Positions 1 to 13,469 are shown, counted from the stretch's first letter. The stretch is 61,342 nucleotides of DNA from Octopus bimaculoides (GCF_001194135.2 NC_068984.1:47386729-47448070); one strand, 5' to 3'. The notes: generated by a model not told the origin, from the letters alone. Translations and numbers: made by a program.

Positions 1-43
<43 letters not shown>

Positions 44-57
44 CATACACACAGACA
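1..57. repeat. (AT)n/(AC)n microsatellite
   Basis: Directly visible dinucleotide run. Confidence 0.95.
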
Positions 58-611
58 TATAAACACACGCACGCAATATTCAAATGTTATTGTTTATAGC
101 TTTATGTGAATATATGAGTGCTTCGAGATATATCATTTCATCGAAGAATTATTTCACAATGTCTGAAATGTTTATAAACTTTTTTATGACGCCAACAATA
201 TATTTGTATCTATACATGCTTACATATACATACGTAAACATAAATACATGCATATTTTTACATGGATAAAAATGCATGCAACACACACACACACATACGC
301 ACACACACATATATCTCAGGCTATTTTAAACTCCTGGAACCAAGAAATCAGCAGTCTATAAAATTACATGTTGCAGAAATTTTGAAGAAAAACTAAAAAC
401 TTTACGTTTATTTCTTTTTTATATTTCAACTCCTTTATCTAGTGATTTAAAGTTTGGGATACAAAGAACCAAAAATCATGAACAAAATATATTACATTTA
501 GAAATCATGTATTGCTATAAAGAAAACTATTAATCTGCAAAACATTTACAAAAATACTTTCCTGAATACTAAAAAATACATTTCAATCAGATCATTGCTC
601 TACTTATTTCA

Positions 612-880
612 ATCACTGAACAGCGGCCATTGTAGGGCACTACCCTGAAGGGTTTGGTAAAAATATATCGACCCCGGTACTACATCTTAAATCTAGTACT
701 TATCCTATCGGTTTTTTTTTTGCAGAATAGTTAGGTTACGATTGACGTAAATAAACCAACACCGATTACCAAGCAGTAGCGGAGTGGGTAGTCAAACACA
801 CAGATTCATTCATCCACACACACAAAAATATATATACGATGGGCTTCCATAGTTTCCACCTACCAAATTCATTTACAAAA
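612..880 (-). mobile_element. SINE family A, degenerate 5'-truncated copy
   Basis: Reverse complement matches the 28261-28662 copy (atcgaccccggtact, aacaccgatt, gggcttcc-agtttcc-cctaccaaattc); internal (CA)/(TA) tract. Confidence 0.65.
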
Positions 881-3086
881 CGTTAAAACATTTGTTCAAA
901 GCGCCTTGAATGGGAGTACAAAATGAGCTTGTTGACCACACATTCATATCTTCACCTTTATCGAAACTAGTTTCTCAAGAAGCATACGCTACTGATGGTG
1001 CTGTCGCCAAAAATAGATGGAAATTTTGTAACAAAATGTCTTACCGCATAAGATAACCCCCTCTGCATCAATGGAAATTGGAGGAATAATATCAAGAAAA
1101 GAAACAGTCTCCATAACTTAACATTTCTATGCCCAATAATACCAAACATCTCACCCTATTTAAGAATGCTTTTTGGATCATAAGATCACTGAATGTTCTT
1201 TTAATAGAATGTTCATTTTCAATAGCTTTGTTAATAGCAACAGTTAATCTCTTTAGTTGTTATAGCTACAATCTCAGGCTGATTTATCTTAGGCAGCTTA
1301 TAATTAATGAGATGCAATTAAAATTTGCGCGTATTTCACTCCTTTACATTTTAGTAACTGAAATATTAGTAAGCCACAGTCTTTCATTTTGAAAAAGGGC
1401 TGTTTAACCTGGTTGTTGTAAATATTGTTGAGTTTTTCGGAATACAAATACAACTTATTTTTACAGACATTTAGATGATCTCAGAATAGAAATAAGGAAA
1501 GTATTGAGCTTTGTAATTGTAAGATTAATACATTCGTCGCCGACGAATAAGACTGATGCGAAAGAATAATTTAATAAGTTTTTCGTTATGTAACTTTTCT
1601 GTTGCTTTAGTATTCCACGAATGCCGTTGGATTTCAGTTTGCCACGTTGTGCTTGGTCTAGTCAAAAGCGCTTTTGCCGTCCATGGCTAAGACATTTGTT
1701 TTGACCATTTTATTTTCCATGTTTGGCAAAGGAGAATGAGAACTATTTTCTTATGGTTCGAAATGAGCTGATTTTTATTTTTATGTTTGTTTTTAACATC
1801 AGATTTGTAATTGTTAATGGACTGCTGATTCGATCACACTTTCTGAATTTGTAGTGAGGTAATAAATTAATATTCAACTTCCAGAGAAAAATACACAGAA
1901 AAAGAGCTTAACTTCCAGATAGCACATCATCAATTGATCTTCGATGCGAGCAGCCGAGGTCATTGATAATAATCAATTCTTTATGGCTTCGAGGTTTCAT
2001 AAGTCCAAATAACAACATTGTTATTTTGGATCAAATTAATTTCTGCCATGATAATATTTCGAAATATACACTCACTAGCGCTCTTTCTTACATACATATC
2101 AGTATAAATACAGTCTGATAACGTAAACAGTATACGCACATATATACATCTTTGAATTAGCAGTCGATACATAGCACAAATCTCTGAAGATGTATAACAC
2201 TTTCTGCTATATATTACGTAATATAAAACTGAGCCAGATTAGTAGGTTCTTGCAGTTGGTGGAACCTTTACGTCTGTATATAACCAGATAAACAGTTTCA
2301 AAGCAAAACAAAACCCTTCATAATCAAGCTAAACAGATCGAATGCCTACAATATGAAGGAACGTATACATAGACAATATATTCGGAATTGGTGTAAAACT
2401 AAAGCAAATACTTGAAAATGTATACAAAATTATCTTAATAAATAATTGCATTATATTAACATCACAATTCCCCATTCCTTTCTGTTTGATGCGTATTTAT
2501 ATTTGTTTGCGTGTAAAAAAGATAGATAGATATACTTATTTTTCGTATGTTCATTTAACATTCGTTTATACAAGTAAACGTTTATAGCGTTTAAATGATG
2601 TAGATAATAGGTAAAAGTTTACAGTGTCTGTATAATGACTATAATAATTAAAAGTTTATAGTGTCTATATAATGTACGTAAATATTTTTGTTCTGGGTTT
2701 ACATACACACCAAAAAAACATACGTATCTATATGACTTGAGTGTCAAATAATACAACAGATTATGGTGTTTGATCTTCAACTGAAAAGTTTCAACTACAG
2801 CTAAACATAACTGGAGCTGCCATCGGAAATTGCGAAAGAAGAAAAACAAATACGTCATCAAATAATATAATCGATGAATGATGATGTGTAAGTGTGACAT
2901 TTGTTTAAATATTGCATTTAATACTGGTCTGAGTTGAAGATACAAAACAGTGTGTAATGACAGTAAAAGAGCCTTATTGGAATGAATAGCCTTGATCTTT
3001 TCTCAATAAGTTGTCTTTTTGTGTTGAGAACAAGAGTTGGTGATAAGATTTCTATATTGACAATGGTTCAATACGAATTCTTTTAT

Positions 3087-3452
3087 TTGTCTGTCATTTG
3101 ACTGTGGTCATGCTGAAGCATCACCTTCAAAGGATTTTTAGTTGAGCAAATCGACCCTAGGACTTTATTTTTAAGCCTCGTACTTATTATATCGGTCTCT
3201 TTTGCAGAACCGCTACGTTAGGGGAACGTAAACACACCAACACCGGTTGTCAACGGTGATGGAGGAAAACACTAGGATACACACACACACACACATATAC
3301 AGTGGGCTTCTTTTAGTTTTCGTATACCAAATACACTCACAAGGCTTTGGTTGGCCCGAGGCTTTAGTAGGAGACACTTGCCCAAGCTATCACGTTGTGG
3401 GACTGAGCCTGGAGCCATGCAGTTGGGAAGCATGCTTCTTACCACAAAGCCA
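3087..3452 (-). mobile_element. SINE family A, near full length
   Basis: Colinear antisense match to 28261-28662 including gacacttgcccaag, ctcacaaggctttggttggcccgagg and an internal (CA)n. Confidence 0.85.
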
Positions 3453-4734
3453 CATATATATCTAAATAATGTATGCGTGTGTGCTTGCGTATATGTTTAC
3501 ATATGGATCTTTATTGAAATGTATGTTCTTCTAAATAACTGTGAAAGGTCACATAATTTTACCAAACCTATCATGTATCAAGCGCCGCAAATACATGAAA
3601 TTGTGTGTATAATTAATAATACACACATGCGTCTCGCTCTCACACAGACATACATACACAGAGTGAGTCTGTATGCTTGTGTTTAAATCAAAACATAATC
3701 GTGTGTTATGAAACTCGATTTCTTTTCCAGCAAAATCTATGTCGCGCCATGGTATTGTGTGAAAACTTGAGTGCAAATAATTACATACACACATTGCCGT
3801 TGTCATCAATTGTTTCTCGTATCCGAAAATTCCTGCTTGTTCCTAAGTGAGTAGTTCCATCATACTTATGGCGTTGAATAACTGGGAAAGCCAATCCTTC
3901 CGTGAAATGGATAGGAGGGAAATGAAGATGCCAAAGAAAAGTTGACAGAAGATGTGGTTATTCTTGTTGTATTTTGCATTAAAAAAAAAAATGTTTAAAA
4001 TTTTTCTTTACATTATTTTTTCTTTCACTTCAAAAGGGCCACTTCTGTCGCTGATAAAGCGATAGCAGTTGTAGCGGTTCTGGATTTAAAATTTCTGTTT
4101 TTGGTCCCATTTCAACTTTGAGAATTTAGTCGGTCTTTTGCAACGACGGAAAGGACTTCTTCACGGTCTTTCCCGGTCGTTAATTCAGTGCAGGGCATTT
4201 GACAAANNNNNNNNNNNNNNNNNNNNNNNNNNNNNNNNNNNNNNNNNNNNNNNNNNNNNNNNNNNNNNNNNNNNNNNNNNNNNNNNNNNNNNNNNNNNNN
4301 NNNNNNNNNNNNNNNNNNNNNNNNNNNNNNNNNNNNNNNNNNNNNNNNNNNNNNNNNNNNNNNNNNNNNNNNNNNNNNNNNNNNNNNNNNNNNNNNNNNN
4401 NNNNNNNNNNNNNNNNNNNNNNNNNNNNNNNNNNNNNNNNNNNNNNNNNNNNNNNNNNNNNNNNNNNNNNNNNNNNNNNNNNNNNNNNNNNNNNNNNNNN
4501 NNNNNNNNNNNNNNNNNNNNNNNNNNNNNNNNNNNNNNNNNNNNNNNNNNNNNNNNNNNNNNNNNNNNNNNNNNNNNNNNNNNNNNNNNNNNNNNNNNNN
4601 NNNNNNNNNNNNNNNNNNNNNNNNNNNNNNNNNNNNNNNNNNNNNNNNNNNNNNNNNNNNNNNNNNNNNNNNNNNNNNNNNNNNNNAGACACATAACTTA
4701 TAAAAATGTGTTTATATACATACATATATATGTA

Positions 4735-4744
4735 TGTGTATGCG

Positions 4745-4795
<51 letters not shown>

Positions 4796-4822
4796 CGAGA
4801 GAGAGCGCGCGCGTGTGTGTGT
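4735..4822. repeat. compound (GT)n(GA)n(GC)n microsatellite
   Basis: Directly visible. Confidence 0.9.
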
Positions 4823-5009
4823 GAGTTTGTAGGTGAGGGTTCGAGTCACAAGGGCAGTTTTTGACCTTTTCTATCCAAAAGAGTTTGTCAACCTAATGTC
4901 TACACGCTATTTATAGCTTTATGTGATGTACCTCCAAACCCAACGTTTCCCCAGATAATTATTCAACGTTTTCTATAAAGTTTATAAAATTCTTATAACG
5001 TCAACCACG

Positions 5010-5053
<44 letters not shown>

Positions 5054-5265
5054 TTGTACTTCAACATGCAAGTTGAAATGAAAATAGAACATGCGTATCA
5101 AGTTATATCGAGTCTAGACGTTTCACTCCGAAGTATGGCCGAAATCATATTATTAGTCTCCACTTAATCTCACTTCTTAGCAATATACATACATTTTGTT
5201 AATATGTCTAATTCGATATAACTCAAAGTAGACCATCTAGTGACTAGTCTAATGTAAACAATATG

Positions 5266-5302
<37 letters not shown>

Positions 5303-5312
5303 NNNNNNNNNN

Positions 5313-5347
<35 letters not shown>

Positions 5348-5383
5348 TATATATATGTATATGTATACATACATATATGCGTA

Positions 5384-5456
5384 GGAACACATGTCCATAG
5401 CCGTTCTCTTGTTCCCATATATTCAGACTACACAGGGTGTTTATAAATTATGCTTA
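5384..5456 (+). repeat. partial direct repeat of 6458-6532 (3' half of the hammerhead motif plus flank)
   Basis: ggaacacatgtccatagccgttctcttg...ttcagactacacagggtgtttataaattatg aligns with agaaacacccgtccatagctgttcccttg...ttcagactgtacagggcgttaataaattatg; roughly 80% identical by eye. Confidence 0.8.
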
Positions 5457-5594
5457 CGAAGTCCAAAATTATTGTACCTATTGTATCTATATATACATGT
5501 AATTAATCCCCCAAAACGAAGAACAAACACAAGAAAAAACAACAACGCGAGGACGTGATACAGGCAAAGTATTAGCAGACGCTCACGGAAGGAA

Positions 5595-5627
<33 letters not shown>

Positions 5628-6180
5628 NNNNNNNNNNNNNNNNNNNNNNNNNNNNNNNNNNNNNNNNNNNNNNNNNNNNNNNNNNNNNNNNNNNNNNNNN
5701 NNNNNNNNNNNNNNNNNNNNNNNNNNNNNNNNNNNNNNNNNNNNNNNNNNNNNNNNNNNNNNNNNNNNNNNNNNNNNNNNNNNNNNNNNNNNNNNNNNNN
5801 NNNNNNNNNNNNNNNNNNNNNNNNNNNNNNNNNNNNNNNNNNNNNNNNNNNNNNNNNNNNNNNNNNNNNNNNNNNNNNNNNNNNNNNNNNNNNNNNNNNN
5901 NNNNNNNNNNNNNNNNNNNNNNNNNNNNNNNNNNNNNNNNNNNNNNNNNNNNNNNNNNNNNNNNNNNNNNNNNNNNNNNNNNNNNNNNNNNNNNNNNNNN
6001 NNNNNNNNNNNNNNNNNNNNNNNNNNNNNNNNNNNNNNNNNNNNNNNNNNNNNNNNNNNNNNNNNNNNNNNNNNNNNNNNNNNNNNNNNNNNNNNNNNNN
6101 NNNNNNNNNNNNNNNNNNNNNNNNNNNNNNNNNNNNNNNNNNNNNNNNNNNNNNNNNNNNNNNNAGAGAGAGAGAAAGAA

Positions 6181-6228
<48 letters not shown>

Positions 6229-6428
6229 GGAGAGAGAGAGAGATAGAGATACGTATACACACACATAGGCGTTCATTAGTCGTCTTTATTGTTCAAATAT
6301 GTGCCACATGTCTCCTTGGCTAATTTCTCATGTCACATTTTCGTTCAATTCATTCAAATTACCTGTGCTAAAATTGTGCACTACTTAACTTTTGCAGATT
6401 TATAAATGTCTCATATACTGAAGGCAAT

Positions 6429-6476
6429 GCTGTGCTGATGACGTTTACAATTTTTACAGAAACACCCGTCCATAGC
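6429..6476 (+). ncRNA. putative type-I hammerhead ribozyme (probably decayed stem II)
   Basis: GCTGTG-CTGATGA-(17 nt)-GAAAC-ACCC-GTC-CATAGC. Full core, GUC cleavage triplet, 6-bp stem I (one G-U), 2-bp stem III; stem II is weak. Confidence 0.45.
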
Positions 6477-6696
6477 TGTTCCCTTGTCTCCACACATTCA
6501 GACTGTACAGGGCGTTAATAAATTATGTTTATTATAGGCCATACGAGTGCAACAGGCTTTCAGCGATTCACTATATATTTACAACACGGATAATTTTTCT
6601 ACAGTGCATGGCGCAATATAGAACAAACCGAGGTTACTAAAAATAAGACAAGACCCATATACATTCATATTTATATACAAAGTGAACACCTTGAAA

Positions 6697-6817
6697 AGAC
6701 TGATAGAATAAGTACCAGGCTTAAAAACCCATAAGTACTGAGATCGATTTGCTTGACTGAAACCTTCAATGTGGTGTCCCAGCATGGCCGTAGTCCAATG
6801 AGTGAAACAAGTGAAAG
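6697..6817 (+). mobile_element. SINE family A, 3' fragment
   Basis: gatagaataagtaccaggctt...gatcgatttgcttgact...ccagcatggccgtagtc...gaaacaagt matches the 3' end of 28261-28662. Confidence 0.75.
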
Positions 6818-6832
6818 ATATATATTTTCTTT

Positions 6833-6874
<42 letters not shown>

Positions 6875-7082
6875 ACAGCGGGCAGAAAGATTATAATGAC
6901 GAGGTACTGAGTGTAAAAAAAAAAAAAATTACATTTTTCGTTAATCCTTGGAATTATACGACATTAACTTTCTAAAAGTACTTTAAGCAACCGAGAAACT
7001 GAATCGGGCAAATTTTAAGCCAACTGTTACGGTTACGTATTTATCTCCGTTCGAAATTATCAAGACGTAGTTACATGTAGAT

Positions 7083-7226
7083 CCGTCATGGCAAAACTGT
7101 GGCCCGCGAGACTTTCTGAATAGCGTCCATACCGAAAAATTACCTTTGATCTGTTTTTGTAGTTGTGTGGCCCAACTGTTGATGGTCTCATGCAACGTGC
7201 TTCTGAAAACTGGTCGCCCACCCATG
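7083..7226. mobile_element. degenerate hAT (Charlie-like) MITE
   Basis: Left end ccgtcatggcaaaactgtggcccgcg and right end ggtcgcccacccatg resemble CAGGGGTGGGCAAAC-type TIRs with GGCCC subterminal motifs. Confidence 0.4.
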
Positions 7227-8307
7227 ATTACGAGATGAAACATGACATGAGGTAGCGTGGGGTATATTAGGGTAATCTTGGAAGCAACAATTTCACAGCT
7301 ATACTCACATTCGTTATACCTATACTCATCTATTTCAAGGCGAACCTAAGGTAACTGTTTACAGGAAAGAGGCTTCAAATTTTGAGAGCTGTGTGTCTTA
7401 CAAATAAATATATTGCAAAGGTAGAAACTAGATACGGCCTCTTGCTTAGTAAATCTGTTGCACTTGTCCAACCTCTCAGCTTATTATCCAGTACACACAC
7501 ACACACAAACGCACGTGGTCTTTCAAGCTCTTTTCTCTATAGCTTCACAATGGTCTTTCTATTGAGAGAGATCATGAAACGAAGGACAAAACAACATGGA
7601 AGACCCCTGTAAAACGAAAAAGGAAAAGAACATCTAAAGAGACTGCTAGATATTATTGTAAAAAATGACGATTAGTTTAATCATACGATGGAGATATAAT
7701 CACAGCATTCTCAATTTCTCTGATCTTCGTATTTGCTTTGGCGTTTCAACCAGTTTTTTTCAAAATTCCGATTATATATATGAAGCGAAGATTAAATGCA
7801 ATGATAAACTCATAAACTCTGCATCTCTCTCTCTCTCACACACACACACACAATTTTAATCTGTGCAATCCTACATAACATGACAATATATTTATTTTTG
7901 TATCGTTCGCGGCATAGTGGTTTGCATATTTACTATAGGAAGATGTGAGATCCCTTAGTGATATTACACAATATCAAAATACAAAATACAACAAAATATA
8001 CGTTCAATCTCATCAATACTGTACTCCTATGGGGTTCATTTACATATGCATGTCTCTTTGAATCCGTATACAGAGAGCCTGTTCACCTCACAAGCACCAG
8101 ACGGCGAGGTATATTGCTATTCCAGTCATTAGTGGAATGGTCATTCAATTCAATCATTGGGAAAACAAGACATCGCAGGGCCTTCTTAGACTGTTAGACT
8201 AATTGGTACATATTCGTGATAATTGATTCTGCACATTTTCTCTCTAAATCTGTATCAAGCGCGTACTTTTAATTATTTTGTGCTAATGAAAACATGCGCT
8301 ATCCACG

Positions 8308-8347
<40 letters not shown>

Positions 8348-10364
8348 ATGTATACGTTACGTGTGTGTATGCATGCACAAATATATGCACATACACACTC
8401 ACAAACGTATACACAAAGCAAAACAGAAGGGTAGGAATGGAAGAAAATGGGTGTGTGAAAGCTATCAGAATCAAAAGTAACTCATTACTAAGTAAATTAG
8501 CTGATATCAAATAGCCAGTTATTTAATTAGAATCTGTAATTAACAATGAACCTGGTTCAGATCAGTTACTATGATGAGAAACAGTTTAAGAAGAGAATCT
8601 CGCTGAAATAACATTGCAGGATAGAAGTTTCAGTCTTGCGTGTGTATGAGAATACATGTGATGGGAATCGACCTAAAATTGCATTCTTGGAGCAAACCTT
8701 CAGATTGGCTGAATACTGCGGATCGATAAGCGATCATAAACAACAACTGAGAGGCGGTGGCAACAGCAGCAGATGCTGCTAAGAATGCGCATCACGCAGC
8801 GCAAACTGCTAATAATACAATGCGTTACTCCGAAATTGCTTAGCACTGACTATGGAATGATGAAAGAGCAATATGGCGTTTTAAGTTGAGTTCTGCGGTT
8901 CGTTCACCCAAGTTCTGGCAGATAGGGTTTGGAATGCGAACGGGTGACAAAAGATGATGCACGCGAGATTCACTTTAAATGTAGTCATTGCTCTGAATAT
9001 GCCGGGGTTGGATTCCTGTCATTCTGACACTACACTGTGAGTATGTCCTTTGCTTGTTAAAATAGATGTTGCAAATCGACATCTACGTCACCAGGCAATG
9101 CTTGTAGTGAGGATAACAATTAAGGTGTCCGCCTTGAAGACAATTATTAAAAGAAAAATAAAAGGAAAATCTTAAAACCATTGGGTATTAAAAATGGTTT
9201 TAGATTATTTTGGCATAACCTAACAATTTCGTATTCAGAGTGACCTAAACAAGTTACCTTCACACAGCTAATGAACACAAGTTATACTATAGTCCCCAGT
9301 ACTTACTGTACCCTTATTCATCATCTGAGTATTTATTTGTCCCCAATAACTTCTGCTAGTTAGCCGTTGACCCTACGTTGTATCCATCCGTCTTTTTGGC
9401 AGGTTTTGTTTTTGCTCTGTTAGTTCTCTAGCAATCTTCTACACCAGACTGTCTTGGAAGAGTCGGTTTATTCACCGACGTCTCAACACTGTAACAAGTT
9501 GTACTAACTTACAATATACCAGTAACACTCAATGTTGTGACATAATGTGAATATAAGTAGACATGTGTATATATATAATCTTACAGGCAACAATAAATTT
9601 ATAAACATACATATGCATCCATGTAGGCAAAAGTGTATATAGATTTACATAAACAACAAATATCGCACAACATCCAAAGTATTAGAAACACACCAATCCA
9701 ATTGCCAAAATGTAATTACAGCAACAAAACTTCCCGCTGAGATAATTGTAGAAGCCTAATAAATTTACTTGTTTAATGAGCAATAATAAATATTTGCCAA
9801 CGACATGAACAATTATATACAGTACTTAGAACATGACATAATATATGCAGCATTATTAGGTTTTCAGTTCCGGTTAAACAGAATGAATTTCCTTTGCTGT
9901 TTTTATACATCTGGTCATTGAAGGAAAGCAGAACAGGCAACAGTTTAACTACAGGCTGAAACTTTGCTGAGACACGAGGCCTATGTCACAGCGGATTAAA
10001 GATATGCAGCTTATGTTTAGCAAAGGAATACCTAGATGTAGCTACTCAAGAGGTTAAGCAAAAACGATGAAGTGCTATTCAAGTGCAAGCATATGGATAC
10101 GTACTCAAAGGATGGTTACAGCTGCAAACAAGAAAACCTGCCAACCGGCACCAGTATAGACATGTTGGAAGCAACGCTATCAGGGTAATAATTTTCCTCT
10201 GCGTGTAACACTACATTGTATAATGTACAAGCCCTACACCACATCTCACACAATACTAATTTCTCTCTCTCCAACAATTTAGAAGTACATTGAGACTTCC
10301 TAAAGAGAGAACACGAAAATGATGACTATTAACAGGACTACACAACGGGGAAGAAAATTACATG

Positions 10365-10555
10365 CAATCGCTCGACTTGCAAGCAATAATAACTCAATCT
10401 TTCTCCCTTATATCACATCCTGTTGTCTTTAAAATGATATATTGCACAATGTAATCCAAGATATACTCCGCTTAGAAAATAAAGCAGCTGGATCGCCTGT
10501 GATCATTAGCTATGCTCGATCACTGCTTACAAGACGCGCTAAGCGACAACAACAG
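10365..10555 (+). mobile_element. possible old SINE 3' tail ending in (CAA)n
   Basis: Weak similarity to 46415-46555 (ctccct-a-tcaca-c-tctttaaaa ... caacaa tail). Confidence 0.3.
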
Positions 10556-11408
10556 ACAAAATAGAAACAATTCTAAAACAACCTTGAAACATGCCTAAAC
10601 AGGTTGGACAGCTAATACAATAATATATTCGTCAGCTGCTACATACTAGCGTAACAACAGACTTCTAAGTTGAAATATATAATGAGGCTTCAGTCTAAAC
10701 TGAAGTATTTAATATTTTTGATGTAATGGGTATCTAGGTCATACCCTAAGCTTGATTGGCTACTTCGTAGCTAAAACGTTGTAGCAGTGATACAAAAAAA
10801 AAAGGAAAAAATACAACCTATTATTTTAGTCTAAAGAAATTACTTTAAGAAGCTTTCCCAAACTGACGAAATTGATGCAGTTGATGTTTCTTTAATTTCA
10901 ATAAATGAATGCATGTAGGGAAAACGTGAAAAAATACATACATCAGCGGTCCTAGAACGAAAGGAATGAGTATAGTCTTTAATATATGATGTGGGATGGG
11001 GAAAAATACAGTGGTGGTGTTGAGATGAAAAAAAAAGAAGCAGAGGCTGGGTGGAATGGACTTGGGTGGTGAAAGTGTGAATCTTGTACAGAAAAACAGA
11101 AACTATGGAAGGATGAGAAGGAAGAGGCAGAACGACCGTGGGCTGTAAAGTTGATTTTGTTTAGTCTTAGGCAGATGCTGCCATAGTTATCGTATGCGCA
11201 GCTGGCCAACGTCAAAAATCGACTTTTTATTTTTTTACTTATTTACTTTTTGCGCTCGTAAGTGCGATGGTCTTCAGTCGCATAGGTCGTAAGTCGAGGA
11301 GTGTGTGAGTGCACGTGCGTATGTGTGATATATATATGTATATATACATGAGTAAATGTAACGACAAGCAAGTTAGACAAGTTCATATACAAAAAATATT
11401 AAATACAC

Positions 11409-11466
11409 CCGACTTACACAGAATAGAGATACTGTCAGGATATGGTCTCTATTCTGTGTAAGTCGG
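11409..11466. repeat. perfect 21-bp inverted repeat with 16-nt spacer
   Basis: ccgacttacacagaatagaga / tctctattctgtgtaagtcgg are exact reverse complements. Confidence 0.92.
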
Positions 11467-11469
11467 ACT

Positions 11470-11540
11470 TATTTTTTATGGTGCTCCAGCATGACCGCAG
11501 CCACTTGGCTGAAACCCATAAGTAAATAAATAAATAAATA
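11470..11540 (+). mobile_element. SINE family A, extreme 3' fragment with (TAAA)n tail
   Basis: ggtgctccagcatgaccgcagcc...gctgaaac...aagtaaataaataaata. Confidence 0.55.
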
Positions 11541-12504
11541 CATATGTACATTTTTTTATTAAATCTATTAAATGCCTTTTGTATATCGACTTACCTAACT
11601 TGCTTGTCCTTACATTTACTCCTCTACCAGCTCAGGTTCAAATCTCTTGAAGACTACGAAGTGTATTCTATACAGAGAATACCTATCTCTAATCCATAAA
11701 CTATATGTATATATGTAGTGGATTAGTTTACAGTTGTAACATAATACATAGAAAAAGATGCATTGAAGAAGGGACAAAGTCCCTTAGTCAAAGTTCAATA
11801 AACAACTAAAATTACAATTCTAAAGAAGTTCAAAAGTGTAAAAAAAATCATTATTGTAAGACTAATTTGTTTCTTTTCTGAATGAAACTCAACTACAAAT
11901 TTTAACATTTCAATAAGAAAAAAAAATAATAATAATTTAACCGACATTTGCATCCACCAAGCGTCTCATATCATGTTATGTTGATGTTATTATTTTAGGT
12001 GTCTGTGTGTGAGTGTGTGTGCGCGCGCGTGCGAAAAAGTATCGCTGGTATTACCTGGATGAATGCAAGATACGAAATATATGCCTAATATCTACAAATG
12101 AATAAAAAAAAATATATCAATTTAATATTAATCTATCGTTTTTATGAGAGACAGCTGGATGGAAGGAAGGTATATAATACAACGTTTAGCCTCATTCAAT
12201 TATGTGACTTTATTTTAAAATTGTACGCTCTGCCTTAAGTATCAGTAGTCGCTTCTCTTATACCTCCTCCACTCACTCACTCACTCTCTCTCTCTCTCAC
12301 ACATGTATGTATGCATGTACGTGTGTGTGTGTGTGTATGTGTAATAACAGCTGAAAACTATCTCTATTATAATTACTAAAAGCATCATCTTTCAAATCTT
12401 CAAATTCTAACAGAAGAAACTTTTCAACATTTATTACATTATTAGTTGTGACCTCTTTTATTCTCGAGTATTCCCTTATCTTATATATATATAAAATTAT
12501 AATA

Positions 12505-12544
12505 CAGGGTATCAAGAGATACCACTTGATCTCTTGATACCCTG
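12505..12544. mobile_element. 40-bp Tc1/mariner-type mini-MITE
   Basis: TA-cagggtatcaagagat-accacttg-atctcttgataccctg-TA: perfect 16-bp TIRs starting CAGGG, flanked by TA on both sides. Confidence 0.6.
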
Positions 12545-13469
12545 TATCTCTTGATAACGTGTATTATNNNNNNNNNNNNNNNNNNNNNNNNNNNNNNNNN
12601 NNNNNNNNNNNNNNNNNNNNNNNNNNNNNNNNNNNNNNNNNNNNNNNNNNNNNNNNNNNNNNNNNNNNNNNNNNNNNNNNNNNNNNNNNNNNNNNNNNNN
12701 NNNNNNNNNNNNNNNNNNNNNNNNNNNNNNNNNNNNNNNNNNNNNNNNNNNNNNNNNNNNNNNNNNNNNNNNNNNNNNNNNNNNNNNNNNNNNNNNNNNN
12801 NNNNNNNNNNNNNNNNNNNNNNNNNNNNNNNNNNNNNNNNNNNNNNNNNNNNNNNNNNNNNNNNNNNNNNNNNNNNNNNNNNNNNNNNNNNNNNNNNNNN
12901 NNNNNNNNNNNNNNNNNNNNNNNNNNNNNNNNNNNNNNNNNNNNNNNNNNNNNNNNNNNNNNNNNNNNNNNNNNNNNNNNNNNNNNNNNNNNNNNNNNNN
13001 NNNNNNNNNNNNNNNNNNNNNNNNNNNNNNNNNNNNNNNNNNNNNNNNNNNNNNNNNNNNNNNNNNNNNNNNNNNNNNNNNNNNNNNNNNNNNNNNNNNN
13101 NNNNNNNNNNNNNNNNNNNNNNNNNNNNNNNNNNNNNNNNNNNNNNNNNNNNNNNNNNNNNNNNNNNNNNNNNNNNNNNNNNNNNNNNNNNNNNNNNNNN
13201 NNNNNNNNNNNNNNNNNNNNNNNNNNNNNNNNNNNNNNNNNNNNNNNNNNNNNNNNNNNNNNNNNNNNNNNNNNNNNNNNNNNNNNNNNNNNNNNNNNNN
13301 NNNNNNNNNNNNNNNNNNNNNNNNNNNNNNNNNNNNNNNNNNNNNNNNNNNNNNNNNNNNNNNNNNNNNNNNNNNNNNNNNNNNNNNNNNNNNNNNNNNN
13401 NNNNNNNNNNNNNNNNNNNNNNNNNNNNNNNNNNNNNNNNNNNNNNNNNNNNNNNNNNNNNNNNNGTTA

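Noticed and set aside
900-1990. Microsatellite-free, coding-like stretch (possible ancient transposase)
   Set aside because: No recognisable motif in any frame; many stops.
6983-7243. 86-aa minus-strand ORF with plausible composition
   Set aside because: Overlaps a degenerate hAT MITE that explains the CpG content; no domain recognised.
8990-9140. Possible degenerate SINE head (ggttggattcctg...gtatgtcctttg)
   Set aside because: Too diverged to align confidently with the other copies.
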